DNA from: Candidatus Omnitrophota bacterium
Lineage (GTDB): Bacteria; Omnitrophota; Gorgyraeia; Gygaellales; Profunditerraquicolaceae
DNA length: 64,000 bases
Assembly: GCA_041650835.1 (NCBI GenBank)
Contig: JBAZKL010000006.1
Span: forward strand, 1,449 to 65,448
Direction of reading: 5' to 3'
The notes beneath the pieces are model-generated. The model saw only the letters and a program-made list of their open reading frames with translations, searched no databases and was not told where the DNA came from. Positions within the stretch are counted from its first letter, which is position 1. The number at the start of each line of letters is the position of its first letter. Positions 17,547 through 26,749 of this stretch are shown here, piece by piece. Made by a program: the position numbers and the translations under genes.

Positions 17547-18700
17547 TTTTTACTTTCTTTACGGATCATGGCCTCATACCGCGATAATAACGCTATCCCT
17601 TCATTCAACAAATCTTTTTCCCGCCCTTTTTCAAGGCGTAAGGAACCCGCTTCCTTGCGGAAATTCCGCACGATACCTTCTAGATCGTCAGCCTCCGGCC
17701 TCCCCCAACACGTCTGCAGGCACGGACGGTTACAGCGCAGCATTCTTTCCCGCGCGCGCTTTGCCTCTTTAGTCTCTAAACATTCACTCAAGGTCATTTC
17801 TTTGACATTTCCGAAAGCCGGCCCGCAGCTTCTCACAAAGGCGTCAGGGCCGATATCGATAAAAACATAGGGGTTGCATTTCCAGTCTTTTTTCGTAAGG
17901 TCCCACTGGAAATAACGCAGCCATAAAAAAGGGTCATGCAAGAACGCGACATACCCTTCATTCTTGCGATACTCGGCTATTTTTTCAATTTCTTGTTTTA
18001 ATCGCGGCAGATATTCGTCGGTGACCCAAAAATGCCCTGATTTGATCGTATTCTGCATATCATCCTGCGTCACAATGACCGGATGATAGACGAGGCATTC
18101 GACTCCCCGCGCCCTTGTTACGGGAATGATACCGGACAATTCACCGACATTTTCTTTCATTATGGTCGTCCAAACGGAGATCTGCGGGCCCGCGGGATAC
18201 GATCTCTTTTCCTCGCTCAAGAGGCTTAACGCCTCCAATGCCGCCTCAAAAGCGCCGGGGACTCCCCTGATCGCGTCATGCACCCCGGCGGACGCCCCGT
18301 CAAGAGAAACAGCGATATTGCTTAATCCCGAACGGATGATCTTGCGCGCGATACCCCTGTCTTTGATCTGGCTGCCGTTGCTGACCAGCTCAAGCCTGAT
18401 CCCCAGAGAAACCGCGCACGCGATGATCTCAAATATATCCTCGCGCAAAAAAGGCTCCCCGCCGGTAAAAACCATTACCGGATCAGAGTCCCATTGCGCT
18501 ACCTCTTTAAAAACTTTTTGCAGGAGCCCAAGCTCCAGTTCATGCTCCCGTAAGATCTTGCTTACTCCGCACATTTGACAGGAATAATTACAGCGATGCG
18601 TCAGGCTGACAAATATCCAATGCGGTTTACTTAACGGGACGCCAACCTGCCCTGAAAAATAATACCCCAAATTCTTTTCTAATTCTTTAAGCAGCTTCAT
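17531..18700 (-). CDS. Radical SAM enzyme with SPASM/twitch C-terminal Cys cluster (start trimmed from longest ORF at 18856 to internal ATG at 18700)
   Basis: THRCNYSCQMCGV rSAM motif. C-terminal CNPYVFIDIGPDAFVRSCGP...CNRPCLQTCW. The longest ORF overlaps the upstream gene by 116 nt. The Met at 18700 (MKLLKELEK...) removes the overlap. Confidence 0.8.
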   Translation of the reverse strand: MKLLKELEKNLGYYFSGQVGVPLSKPHWIFVSLTHRCNYSCQMCGVSKILREHELELGLLQKVFKEVAQWDSDPVMVFTGGEPFLREDIFEIIACAVSLGIRLELVSNGSQIKDRGIARKIIRSGLSNIAVSLDGASAGVHDAIRGVPGAFEAALEALSLLSEEKRSYPAGPQISVWTTIMKENVGELSGIIPVTRARGVECLVYHPVIVTQDDMQNTIKSGHFWVTDEYLPRLKQEIEKIAEYRKNEGYVAFLHDPFLWLRYFQWDLTKKDWKCNPYVFIDIGPDAFVRSCGPAFGNVKEMTLSECLETKEAKRARERMLRCNRPCLQTCWGRPEADDLEGIVRNFRKEAGSLRLEKGREKDLLNEGIALLSRYEAMIRKESKKWKRD

Positions 18701-18740
18701 ATGCCCACTTTCTTGCCGGAGGAATATTTCTTTCCCCGCG

Positions 18741-20177
18741 TCACAACTGAACTTCGCATCGATAGTGCGCGTGCAGTTTACGCGCCAGTTCCCGGAACCT
18801 GTTGAGCCGCTCTTTGCGTATCGCAGGCGTGCTCTGCGGGCTCCACCACCCGTCATCTTTTATCTCGATGCTATACTTATCGGAATTCAGGCTCAAATAA
18901 GAATCTTCTTCTAAATGGCAACCGGTGATCTGGTCAAAGCGATGGATGTAACGCGCGTTCTCTTTGACAAAATCCAGGGTCAACTGAAAATCATCTTCCG
19001 TTTCCGTAGGGTAGCCGATCAGGAAAAAACTATTCACCCTGATCTTTGCTTTCCAGGTATCCCGAAGGATCCTTTTGGTCTCCATAAGGCTGGTATTCTT
19101 ACGCATGTCCTGCAGCACCCGGTAGGAGCCGCTTTCCACGCCGTAGGAAAGATCGGTACAGCCGCTCTTTTGCATGCGGGACAACAACGCGTAATCCATT
19201 TCTTTACGCAGCGTCGCTTTTGCCGACCAGCGGATCTTTAAACGCGACTCAATGATGAGCGCGCAGAGCTTATCCAGGCGCTCGATATTGCCGTTAAAGG
19301 TTGAATCGACTATTTCAAAATCAGTGATGCCGTATTCGCCTGATAGAAAAGAAAATTCTTCGAAAACCCTTTCCGCCGACTGATACCGGTAAACTTTCCA
19401 CAAAGGGCTGTCGGCGCAAAAAGTACAGCGGTTCACGCAACCGCGGCTGGAAATGACCGGTAGGCTGCGCTTCGTATAATCATCAAGGTTAAAATCATGG
19501 AAATCAGGAGGCGGCACGATATCCAGGTCCCGTATGAGTTCTCGAGGCTGATTGGCAACTAAAGAGCCGTTTTCCCGGTAGACTCCGCCCTTGATCGTGC
19601 GATAATCTTCATTTTTCCTGATGAAAGATACTATTTCCAGAAGCGCCTGCTCCCCTTCCCCGTCAACGAACAAATCGAAAGCACCACTCTCGATAACGCC
19701 GGTATCCAGATGCGCCCTGCGAATGACGCCGTCAACGTAAATCCGCTTGATCCTGGTGACTTCACAGCCTCCGGCGACGATCGGCACGCGAGGCGCAAGT
19801 TTTTTGAGCTCCTGGGCTAAAAGCAGGCTCGCCGGCATATTCGACATAAAAAGAGAGAACCCGACGACAGAAGGACGGACCGACAATATCTGTTGAGCCC
19901 AATCTCCGAGGACCGGCTTTAAAACAGGAACGATATGCAGGTTAAAAAGTTCAGGGGTCATAAAATATTCCGGAAAATTCAAGTCCCAGCATTTCTTTTC
20001 CGGAAAAACCTTATACAACGCAGCGCTGAAATCAAAACACCTGACACTGACACCATGCTTGCGCAAAAACCCGCTGAGGTAACTGATGCCGATCGGAGGC
20101 TGCGAAACACCCCATAAGGGGCACATAACCAAAACCAACTCCGCCTGTTGATCCACGTTTCTCATATCTTCTCTCAA
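18741..20177 (-). CDS. Cobalamin-binding (class B) radical SAM enzyme
   Basis: N-terminal B12-binding-like region (LVLVMCPLWGVSQPPIGISYLSGFL). rSAM cluster SSRGCVNRCTFCADS. Confidence 0.85.
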   Translation of the reverse strand: MREDMRNVDQQAELVLVMCPLWGVSQPPIGISYLSGFLRKHGVSVRCFDFSAALYKVFPEKKCWDLNFPEYFMTPELFNLHIVPVLKPVLGDWAQQILSVRPSVVGFSLFMSNMPASLLLAQELKKLAPRVPIVAGGCEVTRIKRIYVDGVIRRAHLDTGVIESGAFDLFVDGEGEQALLEIVSFIRKNEDYRTIKGGVYRENGSLVANQPRELIRDLDIVPPPDFHDFNLDDYTKRSLPVISSRGCVNRCTFCADSPLWKVYRYQSAERVFEEFSFLSGEYGITDFEIVDSTFNGNIERLDKLCALIIESRLKIRWSAKATLRKEMDYALLSRMQKSGCTDLSYGVESGSYRVLQDMRKNTSLMETKRILRDTWKAKIRVNSFFLIGYPTETEDDFQLTLDFVKENARYIHRFDQITGCHLEEDSYLSLNSDKYSIEIKDDGWWSPQSTPAIRKERLNRFRELARKLHAHYRCEVQL

Positions 20178-20183
20178 CTGTTC

Positions 20184-21317
20184 CTATGGCCTGTTTTCAA
20201 AAAGCCTGCTTCGTTCCCGGATATCCGACATCTCAATGAATTCATCGCGGTAAGCGCACCACTGCAAACAGGGATACGCGCAGGTGCGTATCAATTTTCT
20301 CAAACGCCGCGCTTTTTTTGAGAACCATACTTCTTTTAAACGGTCCGTATCCATATTCCCGATCACTGCTTCATGCTCGGATTGATTTACGCAAAAATAT
20401 ATTTTTCCTTCCTGGACAACCTGAATACGGTTAAACCCGGAATAACAAGGAAGCTCACCGGCCTTTAAAGCGCGGCGAAAATATTTCTTTATAAGCTTTA
20501 AGTGAGGTATCGAATTGGCGATAAAATCATAATTATCGCGGCTTGAGCGCTTATACTCAATAAGGGAATCGATCGCGTTGTCCAGGAGCGCGAACTCCTG
20601 TTCAGGGACGAACACTTCCGAGCTGAAATCAATACGGTTTTGGTCGGTATTGTCGCGCACTACGGGCTGGAAAATGATCCGCGGGATCAAAAGCCTCCGG
20701 CATAAGCCGACAACATCCATGAGCTCATGCACATTTTGACCCATAATAGTGCAAACACAGACGATATTCGGCAAAACCAGCTTATTGCGTTCTTTCATCC
20801 GGTTAAGCATCGTTACGTTATCTATGATCTTTTGTAAGACGTTTTCACCCCGTATTTGAGCGACAACCTCCTCTGAGGCAGCGTCGATAGAAATGCTTAA
20901 GTTATCCAGCTTAGATTCGAATATTTTCCCGATAACAGGCTCAGTGAACAACGTCCCGTTAGTAACGACAGTCACGCCGCGCATCCCGCAAAGTTTAGCG
21001 TAGGAAATGAGCTCATAGATGCCGGCGTCTAAGAACGGCTCCCCTCCGATCAAGATCAAATACTGAACGCCCATAAGAACAGCTTCTTTAATGAGCTTCT
21101 TTATGGTCTCCTTGTCCAGTTCGGTCTGTTTATTTTGCAGGCGAAACGACTCCATACGTTCGTGCATACTGCACATTTTACAGCGCAAATTACACCGGAA
21201 GGTGAAATTGATCTGCAGGCAATCGGGGGAAACAAGCGGATAATCGATCTTTCGGGACAGCCAGAACAAAAACCCCCGCCGCATCAAATAAAATAACCGT
21301 TTACGCTCAACACTCAT
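20184..21317 (-). CDS. Radical SAM enzyme with SPASM/twitch C-terminal Cys cluster
   Basis: NFTFRCNLRCKMCSM rSAM motif. C-terminal CVNQSEHEAV...CAYPCLQWCAY. Confidence 0.85.
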   Translation of the reverse strand: MSVERKRLFYLMRRGFLFWLSRKIDYPLVSPDCLQINFTFRCNLRCKMCSMHERMESFRLQNKQTELDKETIKKLIKEAVLMGVQYLILIGGEPFLDAGIYELISYAKLCGMRGVTVVTNGTLFTEPVIGKIFESKLDNLSISIDAASEEVVAQIRGENVLQKIIDNVTMLNRMKERNKLVLPNIVCVCTIMGQNVHELMDVVGLCRRLLIPRIIFQPVVRDNTDQNRIDFSSEVFVPEQEFALLDNAIDSLIEYKRSSRDNYDFIANSIPHLKLIKKYFRRALKAGELPCYSGFNRIQVVQEGKIYFCVNQSEHEAVIGNMDTDRLKEVWFSKKARRLRKLIRTCAYPCLQWCAYRDEFIEMSDIRERSRLFENRP

Positions 21318-21329
21318 AAGATTACCTCT

Positions 21330-23252
21330 TTAGTCGGTAAAACAAGGCAGCAGGCATGGCGACGGACAACCCGCGGCCTTGCGGCGCGCCTGTCCCGCCG
21401 CGGGAGCATGAAAGATCCGCGAGAGCGGCTCTTTACGGATATTCCCGTAACAATCAAAACAGGTCGTTGTATCCCCGGTATAGGCGACAAGCATCGTTCT
21501 TTCCGCGTTACGGCACTGTATATCGCGATTGTGGAGCGTGCCGCGAAAATATTTTTTTACCAACTCCAGGTTATTCTCCGAATTCCTCAAAAACGCGCTG
21601 TTTTTCTTTTTAAAAGCAACGATATCATCGATCGCTTTATCAAGGACCGGCAGCCTTTCCGCCGGGACCCAATATTTAACCTGAGATCCCCTGTCTTTCA
21701 AGATCCGGTTATTGGAAAGTAACGGCTGAAACTGCAAAGAATCGGCACGCAACGATAAAATTGTATCCGCGATCGCCCTCAACTCTTCCAGGTTCCCGTT
21801 AAGTATGATCGTGATGACATTAAAATTTATACCCGGGGAGGTTTTTTTCCTCTCAGAAAGCATTTTTATGCCCGCGAATGTTTTTTCAAAGCTCCCCCTC
21901 AAACCGCGGATCTCATCATGCACCTGAGGGCGCAAGCTATCCAGAGAAATGCACAGCGATAACGAACCGCTTGTTAAATACGGCAGGAGCTTCCCCAGGA
22001 AATCTTGGGTGAGTAAAATACCGTTTGTCAGTATGCCGACGCGATACTTGCTTTGCTTAACAAAATCAAGGATCGGAAAGATATCGGGACGGATAAGCGC
22101 TTCCCCTCCGGAGAGCACAAAGTCCTTTACTCCCCAATCGATCGCCTGCGCGATAAGACCTTTCACTTCCTGCGTGGTATATTCAAGGATAGGCTTGTCT
22201 TTCCTTATATCGCAAATCGCGCAGGACAGGTTACAACGGTGCGTAATATCCAGTATGATAGTTTCCGGCCTTTCAAGGGTGAAGTTCGCGGGCGGACATT
22301 GCGCGTTCGGCGTTGCCGGGGCAATTTTTCTGAGCGTAAAATATTCCCTCAGATTACCGGACAAATACACGGCTTTATGCAGCATGAAATACGCGAAAAC
22401 CTGAACGCTCCTGTAAAACCCGCGTACTTTGTGTTTTTTTATTAACGAGGCCCCTAAGGTATAAGCAAAACGCGGTATTTTAAGAAAATTAACTATCGTT
22501 GCCCCTGAGAAAAAAAAGATATTATCCGTTCTTATCTCTTTTAACAGAGGATGGTCTTGATGGAAATGCTTGACCCGGCAATTACCTCTGCCGTACAAAT
22601 ATGCCTGGCGGACAAACGACCTCAGGTTCATTGAGCAATTATGGATGACCGCGACGTCCTTGCTATAAACAAACCTGCCTCCGGACTTATGCAACCTCCA
22701 GAAAAATTCCAGGTCCTCTCCTGCAGGAAAACAAAAACTCTCGGCGAATTGCCCGGACACGGAGCTTTTTTTAAAAGAAACATTGCAGGTGGGGAAAAAA
22801 ATTATTCTTTTCTCACCTTTGATATCGGCGAAGATCGCTCCGTCGCTTAAAGACTGGCTCACCAGGGCTTTTACGTTACGCTTATCAACGCAGGTTGCCC
22901 CCCCGACAACGTCCGCCCGCGGGTCGATTGCGTGCGCGTTAAGCATCGCGCGCGCCCATGAAGCCGTTAAGCTGCAATCGTCATCAGTAAACCCGACTAT
23001 GCCGGCTTTGGACTGTTTGACCCCGAAATTCCTGGCAGCTGCCGGGCCATGATTGTCCTGATAGTAATACCTCAGTCGGGGAAAAACAGGCTTTAACGCT
23101 TCAACCATCTCTTTAGTCCCGTCGGTCGAGCCGTCATCAACAACAATTATTTCAAAGCGCTCAGCGGGATAATCCTGGGCAAAAATAGATTCCAGGCAGG
23201 CTTTAAGCTTGTTTTTACGGTTAAATGTCGGGACAACTATAGAAATATCCAT
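21330..23252 (-). CDS. Bifunctional fusion: N-terminal family 2 glycosyltransferase + C-terminal radical SAM/SPASM enzyme
   Basis: N-terminus ISIVVPTFNRKNKLKACLESIFAQDYPAERFEIIVVDDGSTDGT...FTDDDC is GT2. From ~aa 330, ITHRCNLSCAICDI (CxxxCxxC) and C-terminal CFDCYGN...CPSPCLLPCF SPASM-like cysteines. 640 aa. Confidence 0.85.
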   Translation of the reverse strand: MDISIVVPTFNRKNKLKACLESIFAQDYPAERFEIIVVDDGSTDGTKEMVEALKPVFPRLRYYYQDNHGPAAARNFGVKQSKAGIVGFTDDDCSLTASWARAMLNAHAIDPRADVVGGATCVDKRNVKALVSQSLSDGAIFADIKGEKRIIFFPTCNVSFKKSSVSGQFAESFCFPAGEDLEFFWRLHKSGGRFVYSKDVAVIHNCSMNLRSFVRQAYLYGRGNCRVKHFHQDHPLLKEIRTDNIFFFSGATIVNFLKIPRFAYTLGASLIKKHKVRGFYRSVQVFAYFMLHKAVYLSGNLREYFTLRKIAPATPNAQCPPANFTLERPETIILDITHRCNLSCAICDIRKDKPILEYTTQEVKGLIAQAIDWGVKDFVLSGGEALIRPDIFPILDFVKQSKYRVGILTNGILLTQDFLGKLLPYLTSGSLSLCISLDSLRPQVHDEIRGLRGSFEKTFAGIKMLSERKKTSPGINFNVITIILNGNLEELRAIADTILSLRADSLQFQPLLSNNRILKDRGSQVKYWVPAERLPVLDKAIDDIVAFKKKNSAFLRNSENNLELVKKYFRGTLHNRDIQCRNAERTMLVAYTGDTTTCFDCYGNIRKEPLSRIFHAPAAGQARRKAAGCPSPCLLPCFTD

Positions 23253-25969
23253 TAAAGAGATACCTTTATTTCACCGGTGAAATACGTATACTCACCGGCG
23301 GGGATCTTCTGTTCTTTAGAATTCAGGACCTGCAGGACCCTCCCCCGGTGGTACATATCGGAGTTAATGATCGCCGGCACCCACGCGAAGCTTGACCTTC
23401 CGGGAGAGACGCTTACGGCAGGCATACGCTCAGAAAGCCCGTTAACCGCTTCTACGCCGACGCAAGCCGAACCGTCAGCTTCCCGATGGATACTATCCCA
23501 ATCATCATCAAGAGAATCTTTAAAATCGGGAAATTCACCGTTATTCCCGCCTGCCGTCCACCGGGTATAACGCTCTAACAGCATCAGGTTTGCCTGCAAC
23601 CGGTCGACCTCTATTTCTTCTTCCACGGTCATTTTTACGGCCACGTCTACCGAAACGCCGTTACGTATCCTGATTTCCCATAACTGGCTTACCGGCAAAT
23701 GCCGCCACTTGCCTTCGGCAACGACAAAAGAATCTTCCTGACGGACTTTCCAAAGAGCGGAAGACGAAGAATCATACCAGCGCCCGCCTGAACGCAAAGC
23801 GGTATAGAATCCCATCCGTTTAGTAAGCTCAACACCATCCCAAAACAACTCCCCGCGGCCTTTCTCAAACACAAACCTTAGCTTATCCGACTGCACCGTA
23901 CTGCCGGCCGTGTCATCGGCCAAAGGCGTATTCTCACCCAATACCACTTCCGCCTCCAAGCAAGGGTATATCCCGGGAGAATGCAGCAGTTCTTTTTCCG
24001 GTTCAACTCTTTGGACGCGCACGATCCGGGACCTCTCATTAAAATCCGCATTCATTATCTTGGCAAAATTATTCAACCCCTTGGAGAACCTGATCGTCAA
24101 AGAGGGAAACTGTTTATTCTCACTGGTAACGCCGACAGCCCCATCGCCGATACAGCGCTGAACGACGTCAACGCCGGCTTCCAGAAAATTATCGGGAAAA
24201 TTCCCCCTGCCATATTCAGAGAACCAGGAGCGATACTGCTCAGAACACATAAAACACATATATTGTTCTTCGAGAGAAACTTCCTTTTCAACTTCCAGGG
24301 TAACTTTCCAGCGGAAAGAAGATTTTCCCGTGACGGCGAGCTGCCATACCTCAATAAAGCCGAGGCCGGGACGTTTCCCCCGCGCGGTCAAGGTATAAGC
24401 GCCTGTCTTCTCAACTTCCCATTGCGCGTTATTAGAAGGCCATTGTTTTCCCTTCGAAAAGATCAAGGTCACCAAATGAAACGCCTTGGTCAAATATATG
24501 CCTGCCCAGGCAAGCAGGCAAGAGCCATGGTCGAACATCAACCGAAGCTCGCCTTGGCTGAGGATCACGTCATCCTGTTTCTTGATCAAAAAGTCGCCGG
24601 TATCAGGGACATTAAACACGACCGATCCCTGGAAATAAACGGCAGCTTGAGGAAGAGTGAGCTCATCCGCGGAGAGGACGCCTATGCTGAATCGTATAAG
24701 CCGGCAATTCAATATATAATCGCTATTATAGACTTGGGTCTTCTTTACCTGCGCGCAGCTATCATAAGAGATACCCAAAGGCGGGATTAGTCCTGCGCCC
24801 TGCGGACTCACCGCGAGGCCGATAGCCTTGCGCGCGACATTATGCTCAAGCAAAGGCTTCGCGTGCACATCCTGCAGGTCAATAGCGGGAAATTCGCCTG
24901 ATTCCACGATAGTAACCCACCGGCCATAATCATTAACGAACATAAGATCGATATGCCCCGTCTTGACCTCTATTGGCCGGGAAGCCTCGTAACTAAAGCT
25001 GAAACTTAACTCATTGTCTTGACGTATCGTTATCTTCCAGAGTATCGTTAACGGCACGTGATAAAAAACGCCCCGGGCAGATAATTCAGAATCATTCACC
25101 TGAACGACCGACCATTCAGCCTGGGTGGAACTATACCACCGGTTTGATATAAAGAAAGAACTCGTCACACCGGTATTAGGGGTCAGGAGTTTATCATTCC
25201 AATTAAAAAAAATACTGCCGTTATTAAATACGACGTCGAGGTTTTCTTTCTCCAAGACCGCCACGCCTTCTTTAACCCCGATGGTCTGCGAATACAGAGA
25301 TATGGAGCTGTCGATAAGGTCATCTTTGACCAGCCGGCCGTCTTTCATGAACAACGCCCTTTTACAAAGGCGCCCCAGGAGTGATAGGTCATGGCTGACA
25401 AAAATGATAGTCTTGCCCTGTTCCTTCAATTCCAGGACCTTCTTGATACATCTTCGCTGGTAATATTCGTCCCCGACCGACAGGATATCGTCGATCAAAA
25501 GGACCTCAAAATTAACGTGAATAGCGATGGCAAAAGCAAGCCTGACAAACATCCCTTGAGAATAACACTTTACCGGCGCGTTAATAAACCTGCCGATCTC
25601 GGCGAAACATACAATATCTTTCGTTCTCTCCTCAATTTCATTATGGGGGACGCCGAACAAACCGACATTCAAATGAACGTTCTCTAATCCCGTCAATTCC
25701 GGCTGAAACCCCGCGCCTAACTCCAGCAAGCCGGAGACCCTGCCGTTCACCCGGACCTGTCCCCTGTCAGGCTGCAACATGCCCATGATCAATTTTAATA
25801 TGGTTGTTTTACCCGAACCGTTACCGCCGATGAGTGAGAGTGCCTCTCCCTGCTCGACTTCGAACGATATATTCTTCAGCGCCCAGAAATTCTCCCACCT
25901 GGCCTTTTGGTCTTCCACCATCTTAAGGCGGTACATTTCCCAGACATCGTTAAAAGAAATAATTTTCAT
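23252..25969 (-). CDS. wzt: ABC transporter ATP-binding protein (Wzt/TagH/KpsT-like) with ~650-aa C-terminal extension
   Basis: Walker A GGNGSGKTT, signature YSQGMFVRLAFA, Walker B LLIDDIL, H-loop VSHD within the first ~250 aa. The remaining ~650 aa are non-ABC. Confidence 0.85.
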   Translation of the reverse strand: MKIISFNDVWEMYRLKMVEDQKARWENFWALKNISFEVEQGEALSLIGGNGSGKTTILKLIMGMLQPDRGQVRVNGRVSGLLELGAGFQPELTGLENVHLNVGLFGVPHNEIEERTKDIVCFAEIGRFINAPVKCYSQGMFVRLAFAIAIHVNFEVLLIDDILSVGDEYYQRRCIKKVLELKEQGKTIIFVSHDLSLLGRLCKRALFMKDGRLVKDDLIDSSISLYSQTIGVKEGVAVLEKENLDVVFNNGSIFFNWNDKLLTPNTGVTSSFFISNRWYSSTQAEWSVVQVNDSELSARGVFYHVPLTILWKITIRQDNELSFSFSYEASRPIEVKTGHIDLMFVNDYGRWVTIVESGEFPAIDLQDVHAKPLLEHNVARKAIGLAVSPQGAGLIPPLGISYDSCAQVKKTQVYNSDYILNCRLIRFSIGVLSADELTLPQAAVYFQGSVVFNVPDTGDFLIKKQDDVILSQGELRLMFDHGSCLLAWAGIYLTKAFHLVTLIFSKGKQWPSNNAQWEVEKTGAYTLTARGKRPGLGFIEVWQLAVTGKSSFRWKVTLEVEKEVSLEEQYMCFMCSEQYRSWFSEYGRGNFPDNFLEAGVDVVQRCIGDGAVGVTSENKQFPSLTIRFSKGLNNFAKIMNADFNERSRIVRVQRVEPEKELLHSPGIYPCLEAEVVLGENTPLADDTAGSTVQSDKLRFVFEKGRGELFWDGVELTKRMGFYTALRSGGRWYDSSSSALWKVRQEDSFVVAEGKWRHLPVSQLWEIRIRNGVSVDVAVKMTVEEEIEVDRLQANLMLLERYTRWTAGGNNGEFPDFKDSLDDDWDSIHREADGSACVGVEAVNGLSERMPAVSVSPGRSSFAWVPAIINSDMYHRGRVLQVLNSKEQKIPAGEYTYFTGEIKVSL

Positions 25970-26749
25970 TTATATATTCTTTAATATCCTGTTCTCCAGG
26001 CGGGAGAAAACGATAAAGCCCAGGATAACGCTTATGACAGACCAGCAAAAAACGCCCCGGATCAACAAGGCGTCGGGGATAACGCCGTAATAAAGGATTT
26101 TCTGATAAGAAAGAATGAACGGGACCATTGGGTTAAAATTAAATATCCACTGGAACCGCTCGGGCATGACATCGACCGAATAAAAAACAGGAGTAAGCCA
26201 AAACAGGAACATGAGCGCCACCGACAGTAAATAAACGATATCCCGGAATAAAACGGTAAGGACTGACAAAAGCAGCCCCAGCCCCAGCAGCAAAACCAGA
26301 TGAAAAAGAAATATAACGGATAAAACCGGCGCCAGAAGGATTATTTTCGGGTTAAAAAACAAGAAAACCGGGAATAAAACCAGCCAACCGATCAGGAAGT
26401 TAAGGAAATGCGCCAGGACCGAGCTTAACGGCAGGATCTCCCTGGGCAGGTTAAACTGCCGTAATATATTAAGTTGATTCAAGATAGAACCCGCTGATTC
26501 CGTCAAAGCGTTTGAGAAAAACATCCAGGGTATAATGCCCGAAAAAATAAAGAGAGGAAAATTACGCATCTCCACCTTAAAAACACAGGTAAAAACAAAT
26601 GTTATGACCGACATGATCAAAAAAGGGCTGATCAAAGAAGCATATATCCCGGTAAAGGAAGAAGCATAACGCGCCTTTAACTGGGATATCGCCATGTCCC
26701 AGAGCGTGTGCCGGTAAAGAAAAAGCGCTTTGAGCCTGCCGTGTATCAT
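25970..26749 (-). CDS. wzm: ABC-2 type transporter permease (Wzm-like)
   Basis: 259 aa with six hydrophobic helices. Immediately upstream of, and abutting, the ATPase gene. Confidence 0.8.
   Translation of the reverse strand: MIHGRLKALFLYRHTLWDMAISQLKARYASSFTGIYASLISPFLIMSVITFVFTCVFKVEMRNFPLFIFSGIIPWMFFSNALTESAGSILNQLNILRQFNLPREILPLSSVLAHFLNFLIGWLVLFPVFLFFNPKIILLAPVLSVIFLFHLVLLLGLGLLLSVLTVLFRDIVYLLSVALMFLFWLTPVFYSVDVMPERFQWIFNFNPMVPFILSYQKILYYGVIPDALLIRGVFCWSVISVILGFIVFSRLENRILKNI

Noticed and set aside
17531-18856. Longest-ORF start at 18856 for the SPASM rSAM
   Set aside because: It would overlap the upstream B12-rSAM gene by 116 nt and adds a Gly/Arg/Ser-rich low-complexity N-terminus. 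The internal ATG at 18700 immediately precedes the conserved rSAM fold and removes the overlap.
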